A DNA stretch of 64,000 bases, taken from assembly GCA_951406725.2 (NCBI GenBank), contig OX597815.1, positions 159,030,001 through 159,094,000 of the forward strand, read 5' to 3'. Shown one piece after another: positions 27,731-40,989 of this stretch. Position 1 is the first letter of the stretch; each line of letters begins with the position of its first letter. The position numbers and the translations under genes were made by a program. The notes beneath the pieces are model-generated. The model was not told the origin of the DNA and did no database searches. It was given only the letters and a program-made list of their open reading frames with translations. The DNA is from Octopus vulgaris (lineage: Eukaryota).

Positions 27731-27985
27731 CAGGGTTGGCCAAAAGTCACCTGACAGTAAATCAAACCCCATATAATTCCAAGATTTATTTATGTTTAAC
27801 AACTAAACGAGACTTCGCAAATAAATAGACAAATGCTGCACCAAAAAAAAAAAAAGAAGAAAAGGGTGATTTTAACTCACAGCATTCAATTATTAAACAT
27901 TCATAATTGGAATTGATAAATGAAGTTGAATATTAAATATTTATGGAATTTTGATTTACTGTCGGGTGACTTTTGGTCAACCCTG
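27731..27985. mobile_element. Tc1/mariner-type MITE
   Basis: ~36-bp TIRs cagggttggccaaaagtcacctgacagtaaatcaaa / tttgatttactgtcgggtgacttttggtcaaccctg, TA on both sides. Confidence 0.9.
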
Positions 27986-28429
27986 TATGTTAATCCTAGC
28001 AATGTTAAAGTACCATCATGTATAGTCAAATGATTGCATAGATACGAATATGTGTATCATATGTAATTTTCATAGCAACCCTTGTGTAGGGATCAAATAC
28101 TGCTTCGATGGTGGATTCTACATTTTATCCAGACTTCGGTCACAAAGACTGACTAAGAGCACCCGTCGACTTCACCTTTCATCCTCGATAAAATAAGTAC
28201 AAGTTGAGCACGGGTGTTGATGTAATCCACTTACTCTTTCCTTCAAAATTCCAAGCCTTGTGCCTATAGAAGAAAGGAATGTATCACTTTACTCAAACTT
28301 TTTTATCTGCTTCTAGTGTTTCCGAGCATATTATCCTAGCAGGGCTAATGTGTTACCATGCAGTGTAGATACATAATCAAATGATTGTATAAATACGAAA
28401 CGTGTATCGTATATAATAATTTTCATAGC

Positions 28430-28600
28430 AACCTTAGAGTAGGTATTAAATACCGCTTCGATGGTGGACTCTACAGTCTATCAAAACTTGGGTCACAAAA
28501 ATTGACCAACAGCACTCGTGTCACTGAACTGTTGTATGCCGACGGAATACCTAGCCATATGAAGCAGCCATAAACTCAAAACAATATGGACTCTCGCTTT
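28430..28600 (+). mobile_element. RTE-clade RT fragment (partial duplicate at ~28080-28165)
   Basis: VGIKYRFDGGLYSLSKL...VTELLYADG matches the RTE RT catalytic YADD region. Confidence 0.7.
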
Positions 28601-29131
28601 TACATTCCCCAGGGGTGTTGTCCAATGAAATCGTACCCGCTAAAGCGTACTGCAGGTTGTATCTTTTGTCTGTGTTTATGCGCACCACCGCTTGACAACG
28701 GGTGTTGGTATGTTTACATCCCCGTAATTTAGCAGTTCTGTGAAAAGAGACCGATAAAATAAATACTAGGCTTTAAAAAATGTCCTGAGGTCGATTTGAG
28801 CGACTAAAACCTTCAAGGCGGTACACCAGCATAGCCGCAGTCAAATGACTGAAACAAGTAAAAAAAATAAAAACCATTCTTTTCGTCACACACCAAACGC
28901 CTAAACGCAAAAATTAAGTTCGTAATTCATGGTACGCGATGAGAACAGTTTTCATATGGAAATGGGAGATTAGTGCTGATCCTCCATTACTTCTGATTTA
29001 TTTATGCTTTCTAGCCACATGGATTCGGGTTCAGTGGCACCGTGGGAAAGTGTCTACTAAACCCCCGAGCAGGCCAAAGCCTTGAGAGTGGATTTGGTAG
29101 AAAGAAACGGAAAGAAACTCTTCGTATGCGA

Positions 29132-29173
<42 letters not shown>

Positions 29174-29520
29174 TGCTTGTTCTATCTACTGGTCCTAATT
29201 CTAGACTGTCCCCATTTGCAGCCAGAATAGCTACCACCAACCACTCTGTTTTTATTTCAATTGGTACTCTCCCTATTCGAATTCGAAGACTGCACCTGCC
29301 CTTGTACAAGGGCAGCAGCGCTACCTTGTCCGACTGCAGAATAGTGGTGGAATGTGAGGCCGGCTCTTCTCTGGTGGTAAACCTCACCTCCGCCGTGCCG
29401 TGTTTTATTCCTCTGCTAAAAAATGTAGCTTTCTTCTTTATGGCTCCCAAACATTCTTCCACATCATCCTCTGATAGGACTTCTATTTGACTAACTCAAA
29501 CAACGGCAATGCCGACGTCC
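29174..29520 (-). mobile_element. Probable non-LTR retrotransposon ORF1 (L1/Tx1-like) fragment inserted in (TA)n
   Basis: Open frame ...EVRFTTREE...LLPLYKGRCSLRIRIGRVPIEIKTEWL...; a related LPLYMGR fragment at ~55255-55330; family assignment is inference. Confidence 0.4.
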
Positions 29521-29535
29521 TGTACCCATATATGC

Positions 29536-29586
<51 letters not shown>

Positions 29587-29863
29587 TGAGAAAGTTGGTG
29601 TGTGAAAGCATGTGGTTGAATATATAGAAAATAGTAAAAAGTGAAAAAACTACAGAAGGCTTGTTTTAAAAGGTTAAAAAATATATATTTGAGTCATTAT
29701 GTCAGAAGAATGTTATAATTTTTTTCATACAATGACATAGTTTTTGAAGAAATGACCGGTTTCGCGTTCAGCTTTTCAAATTTCTTACATCGTTATGTTT
29801 TCGTTGAGAAGTGTAAAGAAGAGTTCCAGGTAAGGGGAGGTAATAAGTGATTTCTTCCGGTGT

Positions 29864-29898
<35 letters not shown>

Positions 29899-29904
<6 letters not shown>

Positions 29905-30002
29905 ACATATAAGGGATGGCCATAATAGGACATCCGACTCACTAGAAAGAGCAGTTAAATGAGTCGGATGTCCTATTATGGCCATCCCTTATATGTTTGA
30001 AT
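29899..30002. repeat. Perfect 43-bp inverted repeat with 18-nt spacer
   Basis: attcaaacatataagggatggccataataggacatccgactca at 29899-29941 and its exact reverse complement at 29960-30002. Confidence 0.95.
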
Positions 30003-30093
30003 GTATATTACATAGTCGATTGACTATTTTTTCTTTCTCACTTGACCGCTGGTAGCGGAGAATTTTTCTAGAATTTTTTGTTACCCTAAAATT

Positions 30094-30164
<71 letters not shown>

Positions 30165-31656
30165 TATATATTAGTTATTATTATCTATTATTCAATTGAG
30201 CATGACGCATCAATTTCCAAGTGTATATATATATCTTTGTGTTTGTCCCCTACCACCGCTTGACAACCAGTGTTACTTTGTTACGTCCCTGTTGCTTACC
30301 GATTCGCTAACAGTGACACCAACATTTTAAAAAATTACTAGGGTCGATTTGTTTGACTAAGCCCGTCAAGGTGGTGCCCCAGCATGGTCACAGTCTAATG
30401 ACTAAAAACAAGTAAAAGATAAAAAAACAACAGATAAGAGTAATTAGGAAGTACAATGTATGACTAACTCTGAGAAGAGAGGACTAAATGCATTTATAAA
30501 GATTCATTGTGAGAAGTGGAAAACTCAGTGTCATCCAATGATCTGTAACATACTGGGCTAGCTAATATATATCGTGTATTGAACTTCTTTGTTATATATT
30601 CATTAGGAGTTCAATACACGACAATATAGATCTAGGGGAATAAGGTTTTTTTGTTTAATTTTTACCTAAAAATGGTATGAGGTGCATTTCAGGACTTTTT
30701 TCTTGGGAGAGGTAGTTATAACTGCTCCAATTATTGTAATTTTAATATATCAATGTTTTCCATCTAATATGCTGATCTACAAACTTTTTTTTATCATGAT
30801 TAAAGAAAACGGTTGTAACGACACTTTAAACACATCCTATTAAACACTGCTTATCATAGCTGACTTGTTCGCAGAATGCAGTCGGGACGTGAAGACGATC
30901 TGGAAGCTTGCTTTGCAATAAAGGTTTTCATTAAACTGGGCAAAAACTCTACTGAAACTTATGAAATGCTCCAAACTGCTTATGGATTAACTTACGAGCT
31001 GAGCATATATTTTTCTTTGACACAAGAGGTTCAAAGACTCTAGAGATGAGGTGAGAGTCAATGAGAGATGTGGGAGGGAGAGGGACATCAGAACATCGGA
31101 GCTGGTTGAGAAAATTTGCAATTTTCTGGATGCATACTGACATGAGTCTAAAGGAGAATAAGCATAAAGCTTGGAGTTGTGGAAATCGCACATAAAATTA
31201 TTCATGAACACCTGAACATACTTAAAATATGTGCAAACTTCATTCCAAGGGTGCTCAGTGACAAACAGAAGGAAGGGACACAAAGGTGACAGCAGGGAAA
31301 TGGTTGAGATATTTGTCCCCAATCCAAGTGTACTTGATAATCTGGTGACCTGTGACGAAAGCTAGACCTACTATTATGATCCAGAGATCAAGGAACAAAG
31401 AGCCCAGTGGAAGCCCCCTGGCTCCCTCAGGTCCAAGAAGACCAGGCAAAGCAAGTCCACCAAAAAGCTCATGACGATCCCCTTTTTCGACAGCAAGAGC
31501 ATCATTTACATCCACTGGGATCCCTCTGGCCAGATGGTCAACAAAGAGTACTTTGTAGATGTTTTGAGGGGTTCTATATTTAAGAGATGAAGAAATATGT
31601 ACATTATTCACATTATTTACATTTGACGGATACTTGTCCTCATTTTGTTTGTTGTT

Positions 31657-31701
31657 AACACAACTTTCGGCTGATATACTTTCCAGCCTTCATCAGGTGT
31701 C
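31657..31701 (-). ncRNA. Minimal Type I hammerhead motif, left arm (1-nt deletion after GAAA)
   Basis: Minus strand gacac-CTGATGA-a-ggctg-gaaagtatat-cagcc-GAAA-gtt-gtgtt. Confidence 0.65.
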
Positions 31702-31783
31702 TTGGGGAAATTTCGAACCTGGGTTCTCATTCCTAAGGTATTTTTCGGTGTTATTATCATTATTATTATTATTATTATTATTA

Positions 31784-31863
<80 letters not shown>

Positions 31864-31932
31864 TCATATGGCGTAGTGGTTAAGAGCGCGGGCTACTAAC
31901 CCTAAGATTGAGAGTTCGATTCCAGGCAGTGA

Positions 31933-31998
<66 letters not shown>

Positions 31999-32050
31999 TA
32001 ACACCGAAAATACCTTAGGAATGAGAACCCAGGTTCGAAATTTCCCCCAA

Positions 32051-32096
32051 GATACCTGATGAATGCTGGAGGGTATATCAGCCGAAACGTTGCGTT
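32051..32096 (+). ncRNA. Minimal Type I hammerhead motif, right arm
   Basis: gatac-CTGATGA-atgctg-gagggtatat-cagcc-GAAA-cgTT-gcgtt. Confidence 0.7.
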
Positions 32097-33952
32097 AACA
32101 ACAAACAAGATGAGGACAAATATCCGTAAAATGTAAATAATGTAAATAATGTATGTTTTGAGAGAGTTGAAGAAGAGATTTCTTTGCAAAAGACCAGAGC
32201 TCTTCCACTCATGTCGGTGGTACCTGCTCCAGGACAATGCACCTGTCCACAATTCAATCCTGGTAACCAACTACTTGACAAAAATGGGTATCGAAACTGT
32301 CCCTCACCCTCCCTGCAAGTCCAAAACCTTGCTTCCTGTAACTTTTGGTTGTTTTTCAAGCTGAAGAAACTCAGGAGCAGTAGTTTTGAAAACACTGGGA
32401 AGATGAATGAGGCCGTGACAAGGGTCCTGAGTATCTTCAGTGTGGAGGACTTCCATAGAGCCTTCACGAAGTGCTTTGAAGTCAGAGGATCCTACTGTGA
32501 AAGAAACCGGAATTTTGTACTTCTTTGAAATTAAAAAAAAAATGTCTCCAAAAAGAATCTCAAAACTTCTGGAATGCACCTTGTAATTTAGCTATTAATT
32601 GATATAGGAAAAAACATTCTTGTGGATACTGAATTTAAGGCGTGGTAAAATAGTTCTTGGCTTTATTATTATTATTATTTGTTTGCTTGAAGGTCATTCG
32701 AGTCATTGAACAGTAAATGATTAAGTTTTAGGGTTTTTTAAACAATAAAAGTGTGTGGCAGGCGGTTACAGTGTTTGATAAAAGAACTGATGTTTTTGTG
32801 TATAAAAAAGGAGCTAGGAGTAGGCTGGTTGTAGCTTCATGCTGATGAACTTCAGTAAGACTAAAATTAAGCACATATACAAAAAAACATTAAAAAAAAA
32901 CACCGACATATATACATACACACAGACAGACAGGTCAACCCTGATCTGGTAAACATGATCAAAGACGTTCCAGCGACGCGCATCTCTTTTTCAGACATTG
33001 AATAGCTCGGATTACATTAGACAATGTATCCCCTTTTAAGACGGTAGGGTGGGATTTTAAGAATATTTGGCTGATACTTCTTCCAGGTTGACCAACCACG
33101 CAGAAACTACCCCCACTGGGTCGAGACATCTCTTGATCGTTGTTGTTGTTGTTGTTGCTGCTGCTGCTGCTGCTGCTGTTGTTGTTGATGATGATGATGA
33201 ACATGATGATCATGATCATGATAGTAGTAGTGGTGACTTAATGGTGCTTTGTCCCAGCAAGCTTTTATCCAGGAAACCTATGTTCAAATAAATTTTAACT
33301 GTAACCCTGCCCTTTTTTTTTTTCAGACACAATATACCTAAAATCTTTAAGATCTAATACATGTCTACATAATCCACATCAGCAAGACGGGTCTGAAATC
33401 TAGCCAGTGTGGTTCGCATAGCAGTAGTATGATAAGCATGAATTTTGCCTTGCCGTTTCCAGTATGTCTATTATCTACGTAGAGGCCCTTGAAGGAGCAG
33501 TGGCATGTGTTTAATATATATTTCTTTACTGTCCACAAGGGGCTAAACATAGAGGGGACAGACAAGGACAGACAAAGGGATTAAGTCGATTACATCGACC
33601 CCAGTGCGAAAACGGTACTTTATTTATCGACTCCGAAAGGATGAAAGGCAAAATCGACCTCGGCGGAATTTGAACTCAGAACGTAACGACAGACGAAATA
33701 CCACTAAGCATTTCGCTCGGCGCGCTAACGTTTCTGCCAGCTCGGTAGTATCATGATCTTGTTTAATCTGTGCTAAGCTAGGCTAGACATGATTAAGTAC
33801 ATTCATGGATCAAAGGCATTGTATCATTCGCTTTGTTTTCAGGTCTAGTATGACCCAAAACACTATAGTACTTTTCATTTTTTCAAGGTTATAGGGTGTG
33901 GTTTGAGGAAAGTTTGGCTGTTATTTTTAGTACTTGAAATTACAACGTAGAG

Positions 33953-34279
33953 AAGTGGTTCTCAACCGGATCCATATGGCCCTTGAGGGTCCATATAAGA
34001 TTTTGGGGGTCCATGTAACAAAATGGTAAATTGGGGAATATTTTAAGGGCCCTTGAAAAATTTTGCTTTAGATGTATGTATTGCAAGAAACAGCTAGGTT
34101 TCTTTCTCTAACGTTTTACATAGTTCAACATACACAAGTTAATATGTGGAAACTAAATTAGGAATTTTGAAAGAAGTTTCTATAAAATTAGATTTTAAAA
34201 ATCGAAGGGCTATGGGGGCCCACCAGAATAAAATAATAATCAAAGGGCTTCTTAGGTAAAAAATGGTTGAGAACCCTTG
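33953..34279. mobile_element. hAT (MER5/Charlie-like) MITE
   Basis: TIRs agtggttctcaacc / ggttgagaacccttg; TSD unclear. Confidence 0.6.
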
Positions 34280-34732
34280 ATAGAGGATCAATTATGATGA
34301 TCACAGCTGGAATGTTTGTGATTATAAGTCTACTTGGTTAAGTTTGAACCAGGGCTAAATTGCAACAACAACTATATGACGGTCTAATAATGGTTTCACA
34401 TTTTAGCACAAGGTCAGTAATTTTAAGGGAGACGGTTAGTTGTTTACATCGGTCACAGTGCTCAACTGGTATTTATTTGATCTCTACTGAAAGAATGAAA
34501 AGCAAAGTTGACGTCAGCGGGATTTAAACTCAGAATGTAGAGAGCCGGAAGAAATGTTACTTGATGCATTAACGATTCTGCCAACTTGCTCTCTTATAAC
34601 AGTCTGATAATAATGCTTTCTTACATAGAGGCAAGGTCAAACATTTTGTGAGAACGGAAGGGAACAATTGACCTCGGAGGGGTTTGAACTCAGAACGTAG
34701 AGAGCAGAAAGAAATGCCGCTAAGCGTTTTGT

Positions 34733-35029
34733 TTGTTCCTTCTCGAGCCACGCCCGGCTCATAGGGCTGGTTTCCCGGTTTCCTTGGCGTATAGTTTCCC
34801 TACCTGGACGTGACGCCAATCCGTCGCAGGTGAGCTGCAAGATGCAGGAGGAAAGAGTGAGAGATAGTTGTGGCGAAAGAGTCAGCAGAGGTTCGCTATT
34901 ACCTTCTGCCGGAGCCACGTGGAGCTTAGGTGTTTCGCTCATAAACACACACATTGCCCAATCTGAGATTCGAACCCGCGATCCCTTGACCGCGAGTCCG
35001 CTACTCTAATCACTAAGCCATGTGCCTCC
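34733..35029 (-). mobile_element. tRNA-derived SINE family C' (head shared with family C, V-domain-like tail), inserted in a family-A SINE
   Basis: 14-bp TSD gctaagcgttttgt (34719-34732 / 35030-35043); related copy at ~35590-35884. Confidence 0.85.
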
Positions 35030-36418
35030 GCTAAGCGTTTTGTACGACGTGTTAATGATTCTGCCACCTTGCTCCCCTACACCGGTCTAATAATAATGCT
35101 TTCTTACATAGGGACAAGGCCATACATTTTGTGAAAACAGAAGGGAACAACAGTTAATTATATTCTAGCAATTGATTGGTACTCATGTTATTGAGTTCGG
35201 ATTTCTATCTGAACCTCGGCGGGATTTGAACTCAGAATTTTAAGGGATCATAACTACATAAAGGTGATTTGAATAATATAACGCTTTCTACTGTAGGCAC
35301 AGGGCCAGAAATTTTAGGGAAGGGGGCTTTTCGATTATCGACCCCAGTGCTCAACTGGTACTTATTTTATCCACCCCAAAAGGATGATAGGCAGCATCTT
35401 AACTCAGAATGTAAAGACAGACGAAATGCCGCTAGGCATTTCATCCAGCATGCTAACGATTCTGCCAGGTTGCCACCTTTGATAATAGTAATAATAGTCC
35501 TTTCTACTACAGATACAAGATTAGCAATTTTAGGGGAAGGAGAAATCAGTTCAATACTCCCCAATGCTCAACTGGTACTTATTTCTATTACTTATTTATG
35601 CGCCCTTTTCAAGCCTAGCCAGGCTCATGGGCCCCGTTTCCCGGTTTCTGTGACGTATGTGTTCCCCCCAGCTGGACAGGACGCCAGTCCATCGCAGCGT
35701 CACTAAAAAAACAGGAAGAAAGAGTGAGAGAAAGTTGGGGCGAAAGAGTACAACAGGGGTCGCCCCCCCCCCTGCAGGAGTCTCGTGGAGCTTTTAAGTG
35801 TTTTCGCTCAATAAACACACACAACACCCGGTCTGGGAATCGAAACCGCGAACTGCCCTAACCACTGGGCCATTGCGACTCCACGGTACTCATTCTATCG
35901 ACATCGAAAGGATGAAGGACTAGGTTGACCTCGGCGGAATTTGAACTTAGAATATAAAGCCGGAAGAAATATCACTAAGCATTTTTTTCGGCGTGCTAAC
36001 GATTCTACCTGCTCACTGCTGTGATAATAGTAATAATGATAAAGGGCGACGAGCTGGCAGAATCGTTAGCACGCCGGGCGAAATGCTTAGCAGTATTTCG
36101 TCTGTCTTTACGTTCTGAGTTCAAATTCCGCCGAGGTCGACTTTGCCTTTCATCCTTTCGGGATCGATAAATTAAGTACCAGTTGCGTACTGTGGTCGAT
36201 CTAATCGACTGGCCCCCTCCCTCAAAATTTCGGACCTTTGCCTAGAGTAGAAAAGAATAGTAGGAGTGGCTGTGTATCAAGTAGCTTGCTTACCAACCAC
36301 ATGGTTCCGGGTTCAATTCTACTGCGTGGCACCTTGGGCAAATGTCTTCTACTATAACCTCGGGCCGACCAAAGCCTTGTGAGTGGATTTGGTAGACGGA
36401 AACTGAAAGAAACCCGTC

Positions 36419-36525
<107 letters not shown>

Positions 36526-37498
36526 CGCGCGTGTGTGTGTGTGTGTGTGTTTGTCCTCCCAACATCGCTTGACAACCGATGCTGGTGTGTTTACCGATAG
36601 AATAAGTACTAGGCTTACAAAAAATAAGTCCTGGGGTCGATTTGGTCGACCGACTAAAGGCGGTGCTCCAGCATGGCCGCAGTCAAATGACTGAAACAAG
36701 TAAAAGAGTAAACAGAGTAATCATTTCTACTATAAGCATAAAGGCCAGCAATTTTACCGGAAGTGAGTAAGTCGGTTACAGAGACACCAGTGCTCAACCG
36801 GTACTCATTTCAAGGCGGCGAGCTGGCAGAATCGTTAGCACGCCGGGCGAAATGCGTAGCCGTATTTCGTCTGTCGTTACGTTGTGAGTTCAAATTCCGC
36901 CGAGGTGGACTTTGCCTTTCATCCTTTCGGGGTCGATAAATTAAGTACCAGTCACGCACTGGGGTCGATGTAATCGACTTAATACCTATGTCTGTCCTTG
37001 TTTGTCCCCTCTATGTTTAGCCCTTGTGGGTAATAAAGAAATAGGTACTTATTTCATCGTTCCCGAAAGGATAAAAAGCAAAGTCGACCTGAGCGGAATT
37101 TGAAAGCAGAACAGAAAACCGGAAGAAATGCTGCTAAGCATTTTGTCCGGTGTGTGCTAACGATTCTGCCAGCTCGTCAAACGAAATCTATTCATTTGTG
37201 CGTTATCCACATCAGCAATCACAGCAACAGACAAAAAAAAAAGAGCAACAATAAAGAAAAATTTTTAAAAAAAGAAAAAAAGAAAAACCAACGCAAGCGA
37301 TTCTGATTCAGTCCGAGACAAACTATAATAAGTATCTACAAAAACATTCGTATAAACAAAAGCACCCACACAATCACACACCCAAACGCACAAAGATGCG
37401 CCCGCACACGGTCGCTCATATGCGCACAATCATGGCAAACACACTAACCAACTATATACATGCATACATACACACATATACATCCATCCCAACATACA

Positions 37499-37604
<106 letters not shown>

Positions 37605-37621
37605 TATAGATAGATAAATAT

Positions 37622-37652
<31 letters not shown>

Positions 37653-37964
37653 TGTATTTGTATATATATATTTATATATATATATATATGTATATATACA
37701 TGTAATGTTCTTTATAGTAGATGATAGGACGATGTCTGTCTGCGTTCTCACAGGTTTGGCGCCAAGCCCTCGTTAGCTGAATCATTAGACGGGTACGCCA
37801 AAGGGCCTGCATTCGGTGACTGCCAGAAACATCGAAAGTCGACAGTGTGGGGAGTTTTTTTTGCTGTTGTTTTTGTTGTTGTTGTTTTTACTTTTTGTTT
37901 GTATTTTCGCTTCCCTAATGGGAACGAAGCAAAAATGAATACAAGTCGTCAAGTAATATTGCAT

Positions 37965-38002
37965 TCCACCACTACCACCACCAGCACCACCACCACCACC
38001 AT

Positions 38003-38035
<33 letters not shown>

Positions 38036-38225
38036 GACTACGACCACCAACATCATTGTTACTGTCACCATCACCACTACAACCACTGCCACCAGCATTG
38101 TCACCATTACCATCGTCGACGTCGTCGTCACTACCATCATCATCATCATCACCAATGATCATCACGATCATCAATGTCTATATCATTTGAAATAGCTTCT
38201 CCACTGCCACTGCACTTCCAAAAAC

Positions 38226-38292
<67 letters not shown>

Positions 38293-38400
38293 ACAGCAGC
38301 AGCAGCACCACCACCTCCCGATCATCATTATCATCATCCCCACCACCACCATCACCATCATCATCATTATCGTCGTCATCATCGTCATCGTCGTCGTCGT
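37965..38400. repeat. Compound trinucleotide microsatellite block (ACC/ACT/ATC/GTA)
   Basis: Direct inspection. Confidence 0.9.
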
Positions 38401-38938
38401 CAGAAATATCGTAAACAAAGGCAACAACCATTCACTACCTTGACAGTATCCGCTAGTTTTGTAGTATCCCTACAACCATTTCATGCAAAAAACAAAAGAA
38501 CGGGTATCGATCAGCTCACTAGGTAGGTAATCTGTACTTTTATTCGTAAGCCAACGATTGAACTTCTACGTAGTGGTTCGATCTATTGGAGCTGTCGCCT
38601 CCACCATCATGACCACCGCAGCCATCATCAACTGTCATCTGCTGACGAGCTAACGAAGCCTGGCAAAATTCTTTGCGGCATTTCTCGCGAATATACGTAC
38701 GTTCTGAGTTCAAAATCCCGAGGTCGACTTCTGCCTTTCATCCTCTTTGTGGTCGATGAAATAAGGACCAATTGAGCACTGGGGTCAATATAATGGACAA
38801 GCCCCACCCAGAAATTTCAGACCTTGTACCTAGGTCTTACGCACTGGATCATGTATGGGTAAATTGTCGCTGTTTAGTCTTAATTCAAGGGACATACGAT
38901 AAAAGGTATTCCAACTGTGGCCATCCTATTTTTATAGA

Positions 38939-39222
38939 TAGGGCTGTGAAATTCGGTCCCATTGACGCAGTATCATCCTTAAGTATGGACACACTGAGCA
39001 ATTGCCCAGGGACCCAGTTCTAATCTATGTATGCTGTGGCTTGCTGTCAATAAATAAATATTATAGGGCCTAGTGAACTGATTTGCACAGAGGCTTCAAA
39101 GGTCTAGTCTAGAGGCTCATTTCTGATCTACCTATGCTGTGACTTGCTGTTAATAAATAAATACTATAGAGTTCAGAGCACAGATTTTCCCGGGGTTTTA
39201 TAATGCAACTAAGATGGCCCTG
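38939..39222. mobile_element. Possible hAT-type MITE with internal ~105-bp tandem duplication
   Basis: tagggctgt... / ...agatggccctg termini; duplicated tctatgtatgctgtggcttgctgtcaataaataaat block. Confidence 0.4.
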
Positions 39223-39248
39223 CATTGTTACGTATGTGTATGTGTGTG

Positions 39249-39325
39249 TCCATGAAGAAGAAACTAAATACTTTAATTAGAATATTATCCATGAAGAAGA
39301 AACTAAATACTTTAATTAGAATATT
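39249..39325. repeat. 39-bp exact tandem duplication
   Basis: tccatgaagaagaaactaaatactttaattagaatatt twice. Confidence 0.9.
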
Positions 39326-40929
39326 TTATTGTAATTTTATTATTATTATTATTATCTTCATAAAAAATAACCTGCAAGTGAAGACTAATTGTTTATGAAC
39401 TTAACACGTACTGGAGAAGAAAGAGAAAAATAACGAAAAATATTTAAAATAAAATTTTTTAAAAATATTTGCTCAATTTAAATGATTTTCACCAAAGAAA
39501 TTCATTGAAATTGGTGAGGGTTTGCCAGAAAGGACGAAACCTTGATCACCTTTACGCTGGAATTAACCTACCACGTTACCTGGTCCCAATGAAGAAGAGT
39601 TAATCCACTGCACAATATATGTATGTTCATTTCATCGCTTGCAAGTAAAACCACATCAATCTGAATGAATTTATTCTGTGAAAATCCCAGTGAAAAACGT
39701 TTAGATGTTACTAAATGTGTCTAGCTTGATGGGTGAAGATATCCATTGTTCGTACCCTTATTTCATTTCAGTTTTCCTCAATACCAATGATCTCCAACCA
39801 TTTTTTGCATCATGGACCGGTTTCATGTAATACAATTTTCTACGGATCAGAGTAGCAAGTGCATAACAAAGCACAATAAAGTGTATACTGTATCATTTAA
39901 TTATTACGTATATAAGACATACTATATATATAATGGGAAAACTCATTGCATACTGCGATTGTCAATACACTAGAAGCAAAATTTAAAATTCAAAACTTCA
40001 TTCTTTCTGTGCAGCCCGGCATTAATGATGCAAGGTTTGGAGTTTGAGGAACTCCTGCTGTACACCAAAGGTTTATAGATAACTTTGAAAAATAAAAATT
40101 TGACTTAAATTCCCTAATAAACTTTTCTCCTGCAGGCACAAGGTTTGAAATTTTGGAGGAAGGGGCTGGTTGATCGCATCGACCTCCGTACTTGATAAGT
40201 ATTTTTTTTTTTTATCGACCCCGAAAGAGATGAAAGGTAAAGTCGACGTCAATAGAATTTTATTTAGAACGTAAAGACGGTCGAAAAGCTTGCTGCTAAG
40301 CGTGAAGTCCGGTGTACTAACGATTATGTTTTTAAATTCCCTAATATAAATATAGATATTAACAACTTCTGCTGATGATATATAAATATTTCGAAATGTA
40401 CGTCTACGAAACATGGTGTGTGGTGGTAGATCAAAAATGCAATGTAGAATACCTGACTTTAAACTAGATTAGAAACATCATTCTATGCTTCCACATTGAA
40501 GATTGCTACAAATAATGGGAGACAATCTTTTCATAACTACAATAGAGGATACTAAACTGCAACTGGATTCGAACTTTTACTATATGCTTTACATTGAAGA
40601 ATAAATAATTGCTAACCACCCCAATAGAAGTAAAAGAAAAAAAAAGAAGAAAAAAGTAAGTTATTGTTAATAGATGGAAAACAGTGGGAATAAAGATACA
40701 AAAAAATTGCATTAATTTTGCAATTGTTTTCCTCTTATTTCCTTTCTTTTTCGATATTTTGTTTTCGCTCATTATTTTATGCTGAAATGACGCTTGTTGG
40801 GAGTGAGGGACGAGAAGAGGATGGGAGAAAATCACAAGAATAAGTAGGGAGAGGGGTGAAGGAAATCTTTCGGTGTGGGTGTGAGTAAACGTATGTACAT
40901 ATTATATATATTATATACATAAATATGCG

Positions 40930-40989
<60 letters not shown>

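Larger units (their letters stand above)
31575..32152. mobile_element. tRNA-headed SINE-like element with hammerhead-bearing body, inserted as a head-to-head inverted pair
   Basis: tRNA-like head 31865-31936 (A box TGGCGTAGTGG, B box GAGTTCGATTCC); (AAT)n; arms ~31601-31863 and ~31937-32152 are reverse complements; ~16-bp TSD atgttttgaggggttc / atgttttgagagagttg. Confidence 0.85.
30678..32583 (+). mobile_element. Decayed mariner (DD34D-type) transposon, interrupted by the 31575-32152 insertion
   Basis: TIRs TA|tgaggtgcatttcag / ctggaatgcaccttg|TA; transposase motifs AIKVFIKLGKNSTETYEMLQTAYG, LVTCDES*TYYYDPE, WYLLQDNAPVH, VPHPP. Confidence 0.9.
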
